DNA of 31,817 nucleotides from Candidatus Omnitrophota bacterium (GTDB lineage Bacteria > Omnitrophota > Gorgyraeia > Gygaellales > Profunditerraquicolaceae), in the NCBI GenBank assembly GCA_023819625.1, contig JAMWCK010000001.1, positions 1-31,817 of the forward strand, read 5' to 3'. The notes beneath the pieces were generated by a model. It was not told the DNA's origin. It was given only the letters and a program-made list of their open reading frames with translations, and did not search any database. The translations under genes and the position numbers were made by a program. Positions 11,028 through 20,754 of this stretch are shown here, piece after piece. Every line of letters begins with the position of its first letter. Position 1 is the first letter of the stretch.

Positions 11028-11366
11028 ATGCTCGTAAAGGCAGAAGGAAGATTTTTAAGAATTTCACCCCGTAAGGCAAGACAAGTTTTGGATTTAATTC
11101 GCCAGAAGGATGTTTCTCAGGCAAAGGCAATTCTCTTAAACTTAAATAAGCGTCCAAAGGAATTTTTAATTAAAATATTAGAACAGGCTTTAGCCAATGC
11201 CAAGCTAAAGGGTTTTAGGCAAGAAGATTTGTATATTTCCCGGGCGATATGTAATTCCGGGCCGATGTGGAAAAGGTATAAGGCTGCGGCTTTTGGTCGG
11301 GCAGTGCCAATTCTAAAAAGAACCTCACATATCAAAATCGAATTAGATTTGAAAAGAACATTATAA
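11028..11366 (+). CDS. rplV: 50S ribosomal protein L22 (divergent beta-hairpin tip)
   Basis: RISPRKARQVLDLIR, GRA..ILKRTSHI; position between rpsS and rpsC. Confidence 0.97.
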   Translation: MLVKAEGRFLRISPRKARQVLDLIRQKDVSQAKAILLNLNKRPKEFLIKILEQALANAKLKGFRQEDLYISRAICNSGPMWKRYKAAAFGRAVPILKRTSHIKIELDLKRTL

Positions 11367-11395
11367 AAATATTTCATGATAATTACACAGATTAG

Positions 11396-12025
11396 ATGGG
11401 ACAGAAAGTACATCCTCTAATTCAGAGAATTGGATTTACCAAAACCTGGCTTAGTCTTTGGTTTGCCAAACCTAAGGATTATGTCCGTTTTATTGAAGAG
11501 GATGTTAAAATCCGCAAATATATTAAGGAGAAATTCAAACACGCCGCTATCTCTAAAATTATTATTGAACGCGTTGCCGATCGGCTTAAAATCAGGATCC
11601 AGGCGGCGCGGCCAGGGATTATTTTTGGTCGTCGCGGGGCAGAGATTGAAAGATTACGTGAAGACCTAAATATTTTGCTAAAGAAAGAGGTTTCCATTGA
11701 TGATATAGAGGAGGTTAAGGATCCGGCATTGGAAGCGCAACTTGTGGCAGAAAATATTGCCCTACAGATAGAAAAAAGGGTTGCCTATCGTCGGGCAATA
11801 AAACGGGCAATTGAACAAACGATGTCCTCTAATGCAAAGGGGATCAAGGTAACCTGTGCGGGAAGGTTGGGCGGCGCAGAGATGTCACGTGAAGAAACTT
11901 ACAAACAGGGAAAAATTCCCTTAGCTACTTTGCGTGCAGACATTGATTATGGATTTGCTGAGAGTTTCACTACCTATGGCCTCATTGGAATTAAGGTCTG
12001 GATTTATAAGGGAGATATTTTATAA
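11396..12025 (+). CDS. rpsC: 30S ribosomal protein S3
   Basis: MGQKVHP, ARPGIIFGRRGAEIE (KH domain), GRLGGAEMSR, LRADIDY. Confidence 0.99.
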   Translation: MGQKVHPLIQRIGFTKTWLSLWFAKPKDYVRFIEEDVKIRKYIKEKFKHAAISKIIIERVADRLKIRIQAARPGIIFGRRGAEIERLREDLNILLKKEVSIDDIEEVKDPALEAQLVAENIALQIEKRVAYRRAIKRAIEQTMSSNAKGIKVTCAGRLGGAEMSREETYKQGKIPLATLRADIDYGFAESFTTYGLIGIKVWIYKGDIL

Positions 12026-12036
12026 GGAAGTTAACC

Positions 12037-12453
12037 ATGGTGATGATGCCTAAGAGAGTAAAATATCGTAAGTTACAGAAAGGCACAAGGCGCGGTATTG
12101 CCACTTGCACAGCAGAAGTAAGTTTTGGTGAATTTGGTTTAAAGGCATTAGAAAACGGCTGGTTGAAAAATAACCAGATAGAGGCCGTGCGCGTAATTTT
12201 AGCTCGACACTTGCATAAAGGAGGAAAACTCTGGATGCGTATTTTTCCTCATAAATCCGTTACAAAGAAACCCGCAGAGGTGCGCATGGGAAAAGGTAAG
12301 GGTGAGCTTGACCATTGGGTGGCAGTGATAAAGCGCGGACAGATTCTTTTTGAATTAGGGGGCGTCCCGGAGGAATATGCGCGTAGATGCTTTCGGCTCT
12401 GTGCTTATAAGTTACCCCTGAAGACAAAATTTGTCAGTCGAATACATAGATAA
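12037..12453 (+). CDS. rplP: 50S ribosomal protein L16
   Basis: PKRVKYRK, RIFPHK, RMGKGKG, AYKLP. Confidence 0.99.
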   Translation: MVMMPKRVKYRKLQKGTRRGIATCTAEVSFGEFGLKALENGWLKNNQIEAVRVILARHLHKGGKLWMRIFPHKSVTKKPAEVRMGKGKGELDHWVAVIKRGQILFELGGVPEEYARRCFRLCAYKLPLKTKFVSRIHR

Positions 12454-12468
12454 AGTTACTTAAAGACG

Positions 12469-12684
12469 ATGAAGATTCAAGAATTAAGAAGTCTCTCAAG
12501 AGAAGAGCTTATTGCTAAAGAGAAGACCCTAAAGGAAGAATTATTTAAGCTAAACCTAGAACGTTATGAGGGTAGGCTGCAGAGGCCTCATTTATTTAGA
12601 CAGGTTAAAAAAGACATTGCACGTATCGAGACCATCTTACACGAAAAGAAAAATAATAAACAAAAATCTTCTATAACCTCTTAA
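12469..12684 (+). CDS. rpmC: 50S ribosomal protein L29
   Basis: ELRSLS, ELFKL, PHLFRQVKKDIARIET; position between rplP and rpsQ. Confidence 0.95.
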   Translation: MKIQELRSLSREELIAKEKTLKEELFKLNLERYEGRLQRPHLFRQVKKDIARIETILHEKKNNKQKSSITS

Positions 12685-12689
12685 ATACG

Positions 12690-12932
12690 ATGGGTAAACG
12701 TAAAGAATTTGTGGGAACAGTTTTAAGTAACCGGATGAAAAAAACCATTGTGGTCAGGGTTTTACGGATGAAGATGCATCCTAAATATCGTCGGATTATT
12801 CGTTGCTCCAGTAAATTTAAGGCGCATGATGAAAAGAATATTGCTAAAGTCGGTGATCGGGTTTTAATTCAAGAGACCCGACCTCTTTCTAAAGAAAAAC
12901 ATTTTCGCTTGGTAAAAATTTTAGAACAATGA
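12690..12932 (+). CDS. rpsQ: 30S ribosomal protein S17
   Basis: [24 protein letters not shown]. Confidence 0.98.
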   Translation: MGKRKEFVGTVLSNRMKKTIVVRVLRMKMHPKYRRIIRCSSKFKAHDEKNIAKVGDRVLIQETRPLSKEKHFRLVKILEQ

Positions 12933-13297
12933 TTCAAATTCGCAGTATTTTAGATGTAGCCGATAATACCGGTGCCAAAAAGGTTTCCTTCATTGGTGTA
13001 ATCGGTAGGAAAAACGCAAGATTTGCCCAGTTGGGAGATATTATTAATGTTAGCGTAAAAGAGTCTTCTGCAGATGCACTGATCAAAAAGGGTGAAGTCG
13101 CCAAGGCAGTAGTGGTAAGGACTAGGAGTCCGATTAAGCGATCAGATGGTTCAATTTTAAGATTTGACCGCAATGCCGTGGTTTTTATTGATAACCAACT
13201 CAATCCCAAAGGGACGCGTGTCTTTGGACCGGTAGCAAGGGAATTAAGGGAGAAGAATTTTACTAAGATTATCTCCTTGGCGCCGGAGGTAATTTAA
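12929..13297 (+). CDS. rplN: 50S ribosomal protein L14
   Basis: [29 protein letters not shown]. Confidence 0.99.
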   Translation: MIQIRSILDVADNTGAKKVSFIGVIGRKNARFAQLGDIINVSVKESSADALIKKGEVAKAVVVRTRSPIKRSDGSILRFDRNAVVFIDNQLNPKGTRVFGPVARELREKNFTKIISLAPEVI

Positions 13298-13306
13298 CAA
13301 AACGAG

Positions 13307-13618
13307 ATGTATAAGATAAGAAAGACGGATACGGTTAAGGTAATTAAAGGTAAAGATGTGGGGAAGGTGGGTAGGGTTCTTGCAGTTTTTCCAAAGCTAG
13401 GCAAGGCGATTGTGGAAGGAGTAAATCTTGTAAAAAAACATCGACGCCCCAGAAGACAAGATGAACAGGCAGGCATAATTTCCCTTGAGGCACCAATAAG
13501 CATCTCTAATCTTATGTTTTTATGCAAACACTGCAATCGGCCGACACGGGTAGGTTTTAGATTGTTGTCTGATGGCACAAAGGTAAGATTCTGCAAGTTA
13601 TGTAACGAGGTAATATAA
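13307..13618 (+). CDS. rplX: 50S ribosomal protein L24
   Basis: KOW motif [29 protein letters not shown]-terminal CKHC...CKLC. Confidence 0.98.
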   Translation: MYKIRKTDTVKVIKGKDVGKVGRVLAVFPKLGKAIVEGVNLVKKHRRPRRQDEQAGIISLEAPISISNLMFLCKHCNRPTRVGFRLLSDGTKVRFCKLCNEVI

Positions 13619-13619
13619 A

Positions 13620-14183
13620 ATGACTCCGAGACTGTTAGAACGCTACCGTAATGAAATTGTTCCCAAGATGATGCAGACCTTTAACTTAAAAAATAGATAT
13701 GCAGTTCCCCGATTGGAAAAAATAGTGGTGAATATGGGAATAGGAGAGGCACTCGCGGATATTAAGATTTTAGAAAAATCAATGGAAGAGCTCGCCTTGA
13801 TTACGGGGCAGAAGCCAATTATGTTACGGGCAAAGAAGGCCATTGCCAACTTTAAGATCAAAAAGGGAAATCCCATTGGCTGTAAGGTTACCCTAAGAAG
13901 GGCAGTGATGTATGAATTCATGGATAGATTGATAAACGTTGCTTTACCGCGTATCCGTGATTTTAGAGGTGTACCGGGAAATTCCTTCGATCAAAAAGGA
14001 AACTACACCTTAGGAATAAGCGAGCAGACTATTTTTCCTGAAGTCGAATACGATAAAGTAACACGGATTCAAGGTATGGATATTACCTTTGTGATAAAAA
14101 ATGCAAAATCAACTGAAGAGGCGAAAGAATTATTAAGGTTATTTGGAATGCCTTTTAGTGACACAAAAGAGGGGCAAAGGTAA
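13620..14183 (+). CDS. rplE: 50S ribosomal protein L5
   Basis: [37 protein letters not shown]. Confidence 0.99.
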   Translation: MTPRLLERYRNEIVPKMMQTFNLKNRYAVPRLEKIVVNMGIGEALADIKILEKSMEELALITGQKPIMLRAKKAIANFKIKKGNPIGCKVTLRRAVMYEFMDRLINVALPRIRDFRGVPGNSFDQKGNYTLGISEQTIFPEVEYDKVTRIQGMDITFVIKNAKSTEEAKELLRLFGMPFSDTKEGQR

Positions 14184-14369
14184 ATGGCCAAGAAATCACA
14201 GTTAGCCCGTTGGAAGAGGCCGCCAAAATTTTCCAGTCGTAAGTATAACCGCTGTAATATCTGTGGTAGGTCAGGCGGATATTTAAGGAGATTTGGTCTG
14301 TGTCGAATCTGCTTTCGTGAATTAGCCTGGCAGGGTTTGATTCCCGGTGTAAAAAAGGCAAGTTGGTAA
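14184..14369 (+). CDS. rpsN: 30S ribosomal protein S14, zinc-binding type Z (61 aa)
   Basis: RCNICGR...[18 protein letters not shown]. Confidence 0.98.
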   Translation: MAKKSQLARWKRPPKFSSRKYNRCNICGRSGGYLRRFGLCRICFRELAWQGLIPGVKKASW

Positions 14370-14381
14370 AGGAAAGAAAAT

Positions 14382-14777
14382 ATGTCTAGAACAGATTTAA
14401 TTGCCGATACATTTACAATGATACGGAATGCAATTATGGCAAAAAAAGAGAATCTTGATGTACCGGCATCAAAAATTATCCAGTCCATATTAGAGATCTT
14501 TAAGAAGGAAAACTATATTGATAATTTTAAGCGTATCGAGGATGGAAGACAGGGAATCTTACGCATTTACTTAAAATATATTAGAGGAAAACCTAGAATT
14601 ACTAATTTGCAGCGGATATCAAGGCCAGGCCTACGGGTATATGTAAAACGCGATGAAATTCCTTATGTATTAAGGGGAAGGGGAATAGCAATTATTTCTA
14701 CTTCTGAAGGGATTATTACCGACCGAGAAGCAAGAGAGAAACGTTTAGGCGGAGAGGTGATTGCCTACGTATGGTAG
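14382..14777 (+). CDS. rpsH: 30S ribosomal protein S8
   Basis: DLIADTFTMIRNA, ISRPGLRVY, ISTSEG, GGEVIAYVW. Confidence 0.99.
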   Translation: MSRTDLIADTFTMIRNAIMAKKENLDVPASKIIQSILEIFKKENYIDNFKRIEDGRQGILRIYLKYIRGKPRITNLQRISRPGLRVYVKRDEIPYVLRGRGIAIISTSEGIITDREAREKRLGGEVIAYVW

Positions 14778-14836
14778 AACCCATCGCACCACTTGGAATA
14801 TATTCAAAATAAAGAAGTTATAGAAAAGAAGAGGCA

Positions 14837-15388
14837 ATGTCTAGAATTGGCAAAAAACCCTTGGCTTTACCTAAGGATGTAAAAATTGAGATAAAAGACA
14901 ACCAGGTTTTTATTGAGGGCCCGAAAGGGAAATTGAGCCGACGGTTGTCTACCGCGATAACTGTAGAGATAAGGGATAACCAGATTTTTTTAAAGCGTAA
15001 TAGTGACACAAAATCCGCTAAGGCTTTACACGGACTTTATCGTGCGCTAATCGCAAATATGCTCAAGGGGGTAACTGAAGGATACACAAGGGAGTTAGAG
15101 ATTGTGGGGGTGGGTTATAAGGCCCAGGTTCAGGCAAATACCTTAAATATGCAGTTAGGATTTTCTCATCCGGTAAATTTTCCCATCCCTGAAGGGATAA
15201 AAATAGAGACTCCCAAGCAGACCCAGATTATTATCCGGGGTATTGATAAAGAAAAAGTAGGAGAAGTTGCGGCAGAAATCCGTAGGATTTGTCCCCCTGA
15301 ACCGTATAAAGGAAAGGGCATTCGCTATGTCGGAGAATATATAAAAAGAAAGGTAGGCAAGGCTGCTCAGACTACAGGGGCAAAATAA
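14837..15388 (+). CDS. rplF: 50S ribosomal protein L6
   Basis: MSRIGKKP, GPKG, GVGYKA, LGFSHP, PEPYKGKGIRY. Confidence 0.99.
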   Translation: MSRIGKKPLALPKDVKIEIKDNQVFIEGPKGKLSRRLSTAITVEIRDNQIFLKRNSDTKSAKALHGLYRALIANMLKGVTEGYTRELEIVGVGYKAQVQANTLNMQLGFSHPVNFPIPEGIKIETPKQTQIIIRGIDKEKVGEVAAEIRRICPPEPYKGKGIRYVGEYIKRKVGKAAQTTGAK

Positions 15389-15392
15389 CAGG

Positions 15393-15749
15393 ATGAAAAA
15401 AATAAAACCAAGAATTAAAAGATATAAACGCGTTCGTTTACGGTTAAAGGGTGATGCCAGTCGACCGCGCTTGGTAGTGTATCGTAGTTTACGCAATCTT
15501 TCCGCGCAGGTAATCAATGATACGCAAGGCAAAACGCTTTTTTCTTTATCTACCAATAACCCCGAAGTGCGTAAAATCATACCTTACGGCGGAAATATCA
15601 AGGCGGCAGAATTATTTGGCGAAATTTTTTTTCAGCGATTAAAAGAAAAAGGAATCCAAAAAATTGTCTTTGATCGTGCCGGATATCTATACCATGGAAG
15701 AATTAAGGCCTTTGCAGAAGCGCTACGTAAAAGAGGGGTAGAGTTTTGA
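15393..15749 (+). CDS. rplR: 50S ribosomal protein L18
   Basis: [29 protein letters not shown]. Confidence 0.99.
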   Translation: MKKIKPRIKRYKRVRLRLKGDASRPRLVVYRSLRNLSAQVINDTQGKTLFSLSTNNPEVRKIIPYGGNIKAAELFGEIFFQRLKEKGIQKIVFDRAGYLYHGRIKAFAEALRKRGVEF

Positions 15750-16231
15750 TGCGAGAATTAAATATTGAACAACAGCCAGAGTTTATTGAGAAGGTAATTG
15801 CGATTAATCGTGTGGCCAAGGTAACCAAAGGGGGCAAGAAATTACATTTCCGCGCCTTGGTAGTTGTTGGGGATACTAAGGGCCATGTGGGTTTTGCCTT
15901 AGAAAAGGCAAACGAAGTTGCCGATGCCATTCGTAAATCTTTAACCAAGGCAAAAAAACAACTTATTCGTGTGCCCTTAGAAGGCTCAACTATTCCCCAT
16001 GAGATTATCGGTGAATTTGGCGCGGCAAAGGTGCTACTTAAGCCGGCTTCAGAAGGAACAGGAGTTATCGCTGCCGGTCCGGTAAGGGCAATCTGTGAGG
16101 CTGCGGGTATAAAAGATATCTTAACTAAGTCCCTTAAATCCAATAACCCTATTAATGTGATTAAGGCCACCATTGATGGATTAATGAGATTGAAGGTAAC
16201 ACCTAATGAAAGAGAAGAAGATAATTCCTAA
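15749..16231 (+). CDS. rpsE: 30S ribosomal protein S5
   Basis: [39 protein letters not shown]. Start taken at ATG 15749 (TGATG overlap with rplR stop). Confidence 0.98.
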   Translation: MRELNIEQQPEFIEKVIAINRVAKVTKGGKKLHFRALVVVGDTKGHVGFALEKANEVADAIRKSLTKAKKQLIRVPLEGSTIPHEIIGEFGAAKVLLKPASEGTGVIAAGPVRAICEAAGIKDILTKSLKSNNPINVIKATIDGLMRLKVTPNEREEDNS

Positions 16232-16259
16232 GAAAAGACTGTCACCTAAAAAACCGGCT

Positions 16260-16757
16260 ATGGCTAAACATAATGTTAGTATGCCAAGGACAGAAGACAA
16301 GATATTTTCAACGATAGGAATCCATAATTTAAAGCCCCCTGTCGGTAGTCGTAAAAAAAAGAAAATTCTCGGTCGAGGACCGAGTTCCGGTCATGGTAAA
16401 ACCTCTACCCGCGGCAGCAAGGGGCAGACCTCGCGGGCAGGGCGCGATTTTTATTTAGGGTTTGAAGGTGGGCAGATGCCATTAATCCGTAAAATCCCTA
16501 AACGCGGTTTTACCCGTAGATTCAAAAAAGAATACCAAATTATTAACTTACGCGATTTAACGCAAGTCAAAGAGACAAATTTAACGTTAGAATTATTAGA
16601 GGCCAAGGGTCTAATAAAAGATAAATCCAAATTGGTAAAGATTTTAGGTGATGGCGAGCTTAAAAACCCAATTACTATCTACGCCCATGCCGTCTCTAAA
16701 AACGCCTTAAACAAGATTACCCAGGCAGGGGGGAAGGTAGAGATACTTAATGTTTAG
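16260..16757 (+). CDS. rplO: 50S ribosomal protein L15 (start uncertain)
   Basis: GRGPSSGHGKTSTRGSKGQ, GFEGGQMPL, KILGDGEL. The conserved region begins near 16314 (IGIHNLKP) where there is no ATG. In-frame candidates are ATG 16206, 16260, 16281 and ACG 16311. Confidence 0.95.
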   Translation: MAKHNVSMPRTEDKIFSTIGIHNLKPPVGSRKKKKILGRGPSSGHGKTSTRGSKGQTSRAGRDFYLGFEGGQMPLIRKIPKRGFTRRFKKEYQIINLRDLTQVKETNLTLELLEAKGLIKDKSKLVKILGDGELKNPITIYAHAVSKNALNKITQAGGKVEILNV

Positions 16758-18096
16758 CGCACTGGTTAATTCCTTTAAGATTCCGGATCTAAAAAGACGC
16801 CTTTTGATTACCGGGGCATTATTGGCAATTTATCGTATTGGTTGTTATGTGCCCACGCCGGGAATTAATGGTCAGGCATTAGCCGAATTTTTTGCGCGGT
16901 TAGCAAGGACCCCTGGCGGGACCCTTTTGGGAATTATTAATATGTTTTCGGGTGGGGCAATGGAAAGGTTAACCATTTTTGCCCTGGGAATTATGCCTTA
17001 TATCTCAGCATCGATTATCTTACAACTTCTTACCGCGGTAATTCCTGCTTTAGAAAAATTAGCCAAAGAAGGAAGATCCGGTTATGAAAAAATAAATCAA
17101 TACACACGCTATGTAACAGTTGTACTCTCTATAATTCAATCCTTTTTTATTGCGTTGTGGCTGGAGAACCCTGCGCGCTTTGAAGGCTTAAGGGTGGTTA
17201 TGCATCCGGGTTGGGGATTTCGTCTGCTTACTCTGCTTACCTTAACCACGGGCACAATATTTATTATGTGGTTAGGCGAACAGATTCAAGAAAGAGGAAT
17301 TGGTAATGGTATCTCGCTAGTGATTACTGCCGGGATTATCTCGCGTATTCCTGCGGCAATAAGCCAGTTATTTGTTTTAATCTCACCATTTTCTCCCACG
17401 CGTCGGCAGATTCAACCTTTTGTTTTATTGATCATGGCAGTTCTTCTGGTGGGAGTGGTCTTGGCGGTAATTTTTGTAACGCAAGGACAAAGAAAGATTC
17501 CGGTGCAGTATGCCCGTCGGATTGTTGGCAGAAAAATTTACGGCGGACAGTCCACGTATATCCCCTTAAAAGTGGATACCGCAGGTGTGATTGCAATTAT
17601 CTTTGCTCAATCTATAATTTTATTTCCTGCCACCCTGGCTTCATTTATTCCTAATCCCACATTTCAAAGATTGGCACAGGGTTTGGTGAGGGGGCATCTT
17701 ATTTATACATTTATCTATGCGATCTTAATTATTTTCTTTTGCTATTTTTATACTGCGATTGTTTTTAATCCTATTGACTTGGCAGAAAATATGAAAAAAT
17801 ATGGTGGATTTATTCCTGGTATCCGGCCGGGCACACCTACAGCCGAATACTTAGATTTTATAATGACCCGGATCACCTTAGCCGGAGCAATTTTTATTGC
17901 CTTTATTGCGATTTTTCCTGATTTTATTATGGCCTGGCTTAAGGTTCCCTATTTAGTGGCTTCCTTTTTTGGGGGAACGGGAATTTTGATTGTGGTGGGC
18001 GTAATGCTGGATACACTAAAACAGATTGAATCGCATCTTTTAATGCATCATTACGATGGATTCTTAAAGACCGGTACGATAAAAGGAAGAAGATAA
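16750..18096 (+). CDS. secY: Preprotein translocase subunit SecY
   Basis: IFALGIMPYISASII, WLGEQI, GNGISL, RKIPVQY, FIPGIRPG, about 10 hydrophobic segments. Confidence 0.99.
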   Translation: MFSALVNSFKIPDLKRRLLITGALLAIYRIGCYVPTPGINGQALAEFFARLARTPGGTLLGIINMFSGGAMERLTIFALGIMPYISASIILQLLTAVIPALEKLAKEGRSGYEKINQYTRYVTVVLSIIQSFFIALWLENPARFEGLRVVMHPGWGFRLLTLLTLTTGTIFIMWLGEQIQERGIGNGISLVITAGIISRIPAAISQLFVLISPFSPTRRQIQPFVLLIMAVLLVGVVLAVIFVTQGQRKIPVQYARRIVGRKIYGGQSTYIPLKVDTAGVIAIIFAQSIILFPATLASFIPNPTFQRLAQGLVRGHLIYTFIYAILIIFFCYFYTAIVFNPIDLAENMKKYGGFIPGIRPGTPTAEYLDFIMTRITLAGAIFIAFIAIFPDFIMAWLKVPYLVASFFGGTGILIVVGVMLDTLKQIESHLLMHHYDGFLKTGTIKGRR

Positions 18097-18104
18097 TTTT
18101 CAAG

Positions 18105-18770
18105 ATGAGAATTATATTATTAGGGCCACCTGGGGCAGGAAAGGGAACACAGGCAAAACAGATTGCCTCACGGCTTAATTTAGTCCACATTTCTACTGGT
18201 GATCTCTTAAGAGAAAATGTTGCCTTGAAAACGAAATTAGGAATTAAGGCCAAAAGTTTTATGGAGAAAGGCGTATTAGTTCCTGATAATTTAGTTTCAA
18301 AGATGCTTGAAGCAAGGTTAAATCATGCGGATATAAAAAGGGGATTTATTTTGGATGGATATCCGCGAAACTTAAATCAGGCTAAATCCTTAGATGAGAT
18401 GCTCAAGGAAAAGGGTATGGATATTGATTTAGTCTTATATCTAGAGGCAAGTCCGCAAGTAATTATCCAGCGATTGAGTGGACGTCTGGTCTGCAAATCC
18501 TGTGGGGCAATTTTTCATATTAAGAATATGCCGCCAAAGGTTGAGGGAATTTGTGATTATTGTGGAAGTAAGCTTTATCAGAGGCCAGATGATAAAGAAG
18601 AGACCATAAGCGCGCGACTCGAGGTCTACAAAAGACAATCCGCACCTTTAATTACATATTATCAAGAAAAAGAAAAATTAGTGCGGATAATTTCCGATGA
18701 AGATAAGGATACGGTTTTAGAAAGAATGATTCAAGTTATAGAACAATACCATGATTCCCCTAAAGTCTGA
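18105..18770 (+). CDS. adk: Adenylate kinase with Cys4 zinc-type LID
   Basis: GPPGAGKGTQA, HISTGD, DGYPRN, CKSC...CDYC, QRPDD. Confidence 0.99.
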   Translation: MRIILLGPPGAGKGTQAKQIASRLNLVHISTGDLLRENVALKTKLGIKAKSFMEKGVLVPDNLVSKMLEARLNHADIKRGFILDGYPRNLNQAKSLDEMLKEKGMDIDLVLYLEASPQVIIQRLSGRLVCKSCGAIFHIKNMPPKVEGICDYCGSKLYQRPDDKEETISARLEVYKRQSAPLITYYQEKEKLVRIISDEDKDTVLERMIQVIEQYHDSPKV

Positions 18771-19503
18771 AAGAGATTTAGCGATGATGCGACAGGCGGG
18801 AAGGATTATTGCCAAGATAATGCAAAAAATCGCAAGATTTATCCGCGAGGGGATATCCACAGAAGAGATCAATCGTCTTGCCGAAGAATTGGTTTATAAA
18901 GAAAATGCCCTTCCGGCATTTAAGGGCTACAAAGGTTTCCCGACGGTAATCTGCACCTCTGTTAATGAAGAGATTGTGCATGGTATTCCTGATAAAAGAT
19001 TATTAAAAGATGGAGATATTCTGAGTCTGGATTTAGGAATAAACTACCAGGGTTATTTTGTAGATGTTGCGGTTACCTTACCAATAGGTGAAATTGAGTC
19101 AGGAAAAAAGAAATTACTCTCGGTAACCCGCAGGGCATTATCGGAAGGAATTAAACAGATGCGAGAGAATAATTACTTATCTAATATCTCTTATGCCATC
19201 CAAAATTATGTTGAACGGCAGGGATTTTCTGTGGTGCGGCAGTTTGTAGGACACGGGATTGGACGTGCACTGCATGAGGAACCGCAGATTCCTAACTTTG
19301 GTCGCCCCAATGAAGGTCCGTTATTAAAAAGAGGGATGGTTTTTGCTATTGAACCTATGGTGAATATGGGGACCTGGGAATTGGAGATTTTAGACAATGG
19401 CTGGACCGCAGTAACCAAGGATAGGCTTCCTTCTTGTCACTTTGAACATACAGTGGCATTAACAGAAAAAGGTCCTGAGATCTTGACTCAGTTTTTTTTA
19501 TAA
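18751..19503 (+). CDS. map: Methionine aminopeptidase type I
   Basis: SVNEEIVHGIP, SLDLG, DVA, GHGIG, AIEPM, HFEHT; overlaps adk by 20 nt. Confidence 0.99.
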   Translation: MIPLKSERDLAMMRQAGRIIAKIMQKIARFIREGISTEEINRLAEELVYKENALPAFKGYKGFPTVICTSVNEEIVHGIPDKRLLKDGDILSLDLGINYQGYFVDVAVTLPIGEIESGKKKLLSVTRRALSEGIKQMRENNYLSNISYAIQNYVERQGFSVVRQFVGHGIGRALHEEPQIPNFGRPNEGPLLKRGMVFAIEPMVNMGTWELEILDNGWTAVTKDRLPSCHFEHTVALTEKGPEILTQFFL

Positions 19504-19535
19504 GAACAATTATAAAGTTGGATCAATAACTGCAG

Positions 19536-19754
19536 ATGACAAAAGAGGAACTTATTGAAACCGAAGGAATAGTAATCGAGGCCCTTCCTAATGCAATGTT
19601 TCGTGTGCAACTGGACAATGGCCATTTGGTTCAGGCACACGTTTGCGGAAGGATGCGGATGAATTTTATTCGAATACTACCTGGAGATAGGGTAAAGGTA
19701 GAATTATCTCCCTATGATTTAAGTCGGGGGAGGATTACGTTTAGGATAAAATGA
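19536..19754 (+). CDS. infA: Translation initiation factor IF-1
   Basis: [36 protein letters not shown]. Confidence 0.99.
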   Translation: MTKEELIETEGIVIEALPNAMFRVQLDNGHLVQAHVCGRMRMNFIRILPGDRVKVELSPYDLSRGRITFRIK

Positions 19755-19799
19755 GCCTTATTCTTTCTTGTGGGGATAAAGGCTTGGAGGAAGACAAAG

Positions 19800-19913
19800 T
19801 TGAAAGTTAAATCATCAGTAAGAAAAATCTGCGAGAGATGTAAGATTATCAGACGTAGGGGAATAGTGCGGGTTATCTGCTCTAACCCCAAACACAAACA
19901 AAGACAAGGATAA
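19800..19913 (+). CDS. rpmJ: 50S ribosomal protein L36, zinc-binding type (37 aa, TTG start; absent from ORF track)
   Basis: Manual translation gives [37 protein letters not shown]; SD GGAGG at 19786-19790. Confidence 0.98.
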   Translation: MKVKSSVRKICERCKIIRRRGIVRVICSNPKHKQRQG

Positions 19914-19915
19914 AT

Positions 19916-20347
19916 ATGCCAAGAATATTAGGTGTAGACATACCGAAAGAAAAGAGGATTGAGATTGCGCTTACTTACCTCTACGGCGTAGGGAGATTTC
20001 TTTCCAACAAAATTTTAAATGATGCGGGAATCGACCCTAATAAACGCGCTAAGGATTTAAGCGAAGAAGAAATTTCGCGGATCACCGCTGCCATTCAACA
20101 AGGTGGATACAAATTAGAAGGTGATTTAAGAAGGGAGATTTCTCAGAATATCAAGCGGTTAATTGATATTGGTTCATGGCGGGGTCTGCGTCACAAAAAG
20201 GGGCTTCCGGTAAGAGGTCAGCGCACACGTACTAATGCCCGTACCCGTAAAGGTCCACGCAAGGGTGGGATGGCAATTATCATTAAAAAGGAAGAGTCCA
20301 AGAAGTCATCTGCAGCGGCTGCTTCTAAAGGACAGGTAAAAAAATAA
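19916..20347 (+). CDS. rpsM: 30S ribosomal protein S13 (extended C-tail)
   Basis: [34 protein letters not shown]. Confidence 0.99.
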   Translation: MPRILGVDIPKEKRIEIALTYLYGVGRFLSNKILNDAGIDPNKRAKDLSEEEISRITAAIQQGGYKLEGDLRREISQNIKRLIDIGSWRGLRHKKGLPVRGQRTRTNARTRKGPRKGGMAIIIKKEESKKSSAAAASKGQVKK

Positions 20348-20359
20348 AGGGAGGCAAAA

Positions 20360-20749
20360 GTGGCAACCAAAGATAAGGCAAAAAAGAAAAAGCTTGCCAA
20401 GGGCATAACTCATGGTATTGCCCATATTCAGGCAAGTTTCAACAATACAATCATTACCATTACCGACAAAGAGGGTAATTGTTTAGTTTGGTCTACGCCG
20501 GGTTGTGTGGGTTACAGCGGTTCCAAAAAAGCCACACCCTTTGCCGCGCAGGTAGCCGCAGCAGATGCCGCCCGCAAGGCCAAGGAAATTGGGATAAAGC
20601 AAATAGATATCTATGTCAAGGGTCCAGGTTATGGTCGGGAATCGGCTATTCGCGCACTTCAGGCATCGGGCTTGACGATAAATTCGATTAAAGATGTAAC
20701 CCCTGTTCCCCACAACGGTTGTCGACCAAAAAAGAAGAGGAGAGTGTAA
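20360..20749 (+). CDS. rpsK: 30S ribosomal protein S11 (GTG start)
   Basis: [39 protein letters not shown]; SD GGAGG upstream. Confidence 0.99.
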   Translation: MATKDKAKKKKLAKGITHGIAHIQASFNNTIITITDKEGNCLVWSTPGCVGYSGSKKATPFAAQVAAADAARKAKEIGIKQIDIYVKGPGYGRESAIRALQASGLTINSIKDVTPVPHNGCRPKKKRRV

Positions 20750-20754
20750 TATAA

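Noticed and set aside
14793-14808. Near-palindrome TTGGAATATATTCAAA in the rpsH-rplF spacer
   Set aside because: The AT-only core is likely by chance at this composition, and I found no second copy.
16206-16259. Longest-ORF start for L15
   Set aside because: It overlaps the last 26 nt of rpsE with no SD; downstream starts are more plausible, although the true start is unresolved.
5933-20691. Alternative-frame + strand ORFs 5933-6175, 10582-10815, 11430-11669, 20479-20691
   Set aside because: Nested in fusA, rplB/rpsS, rpsC and rpsK; no SD or family motif.
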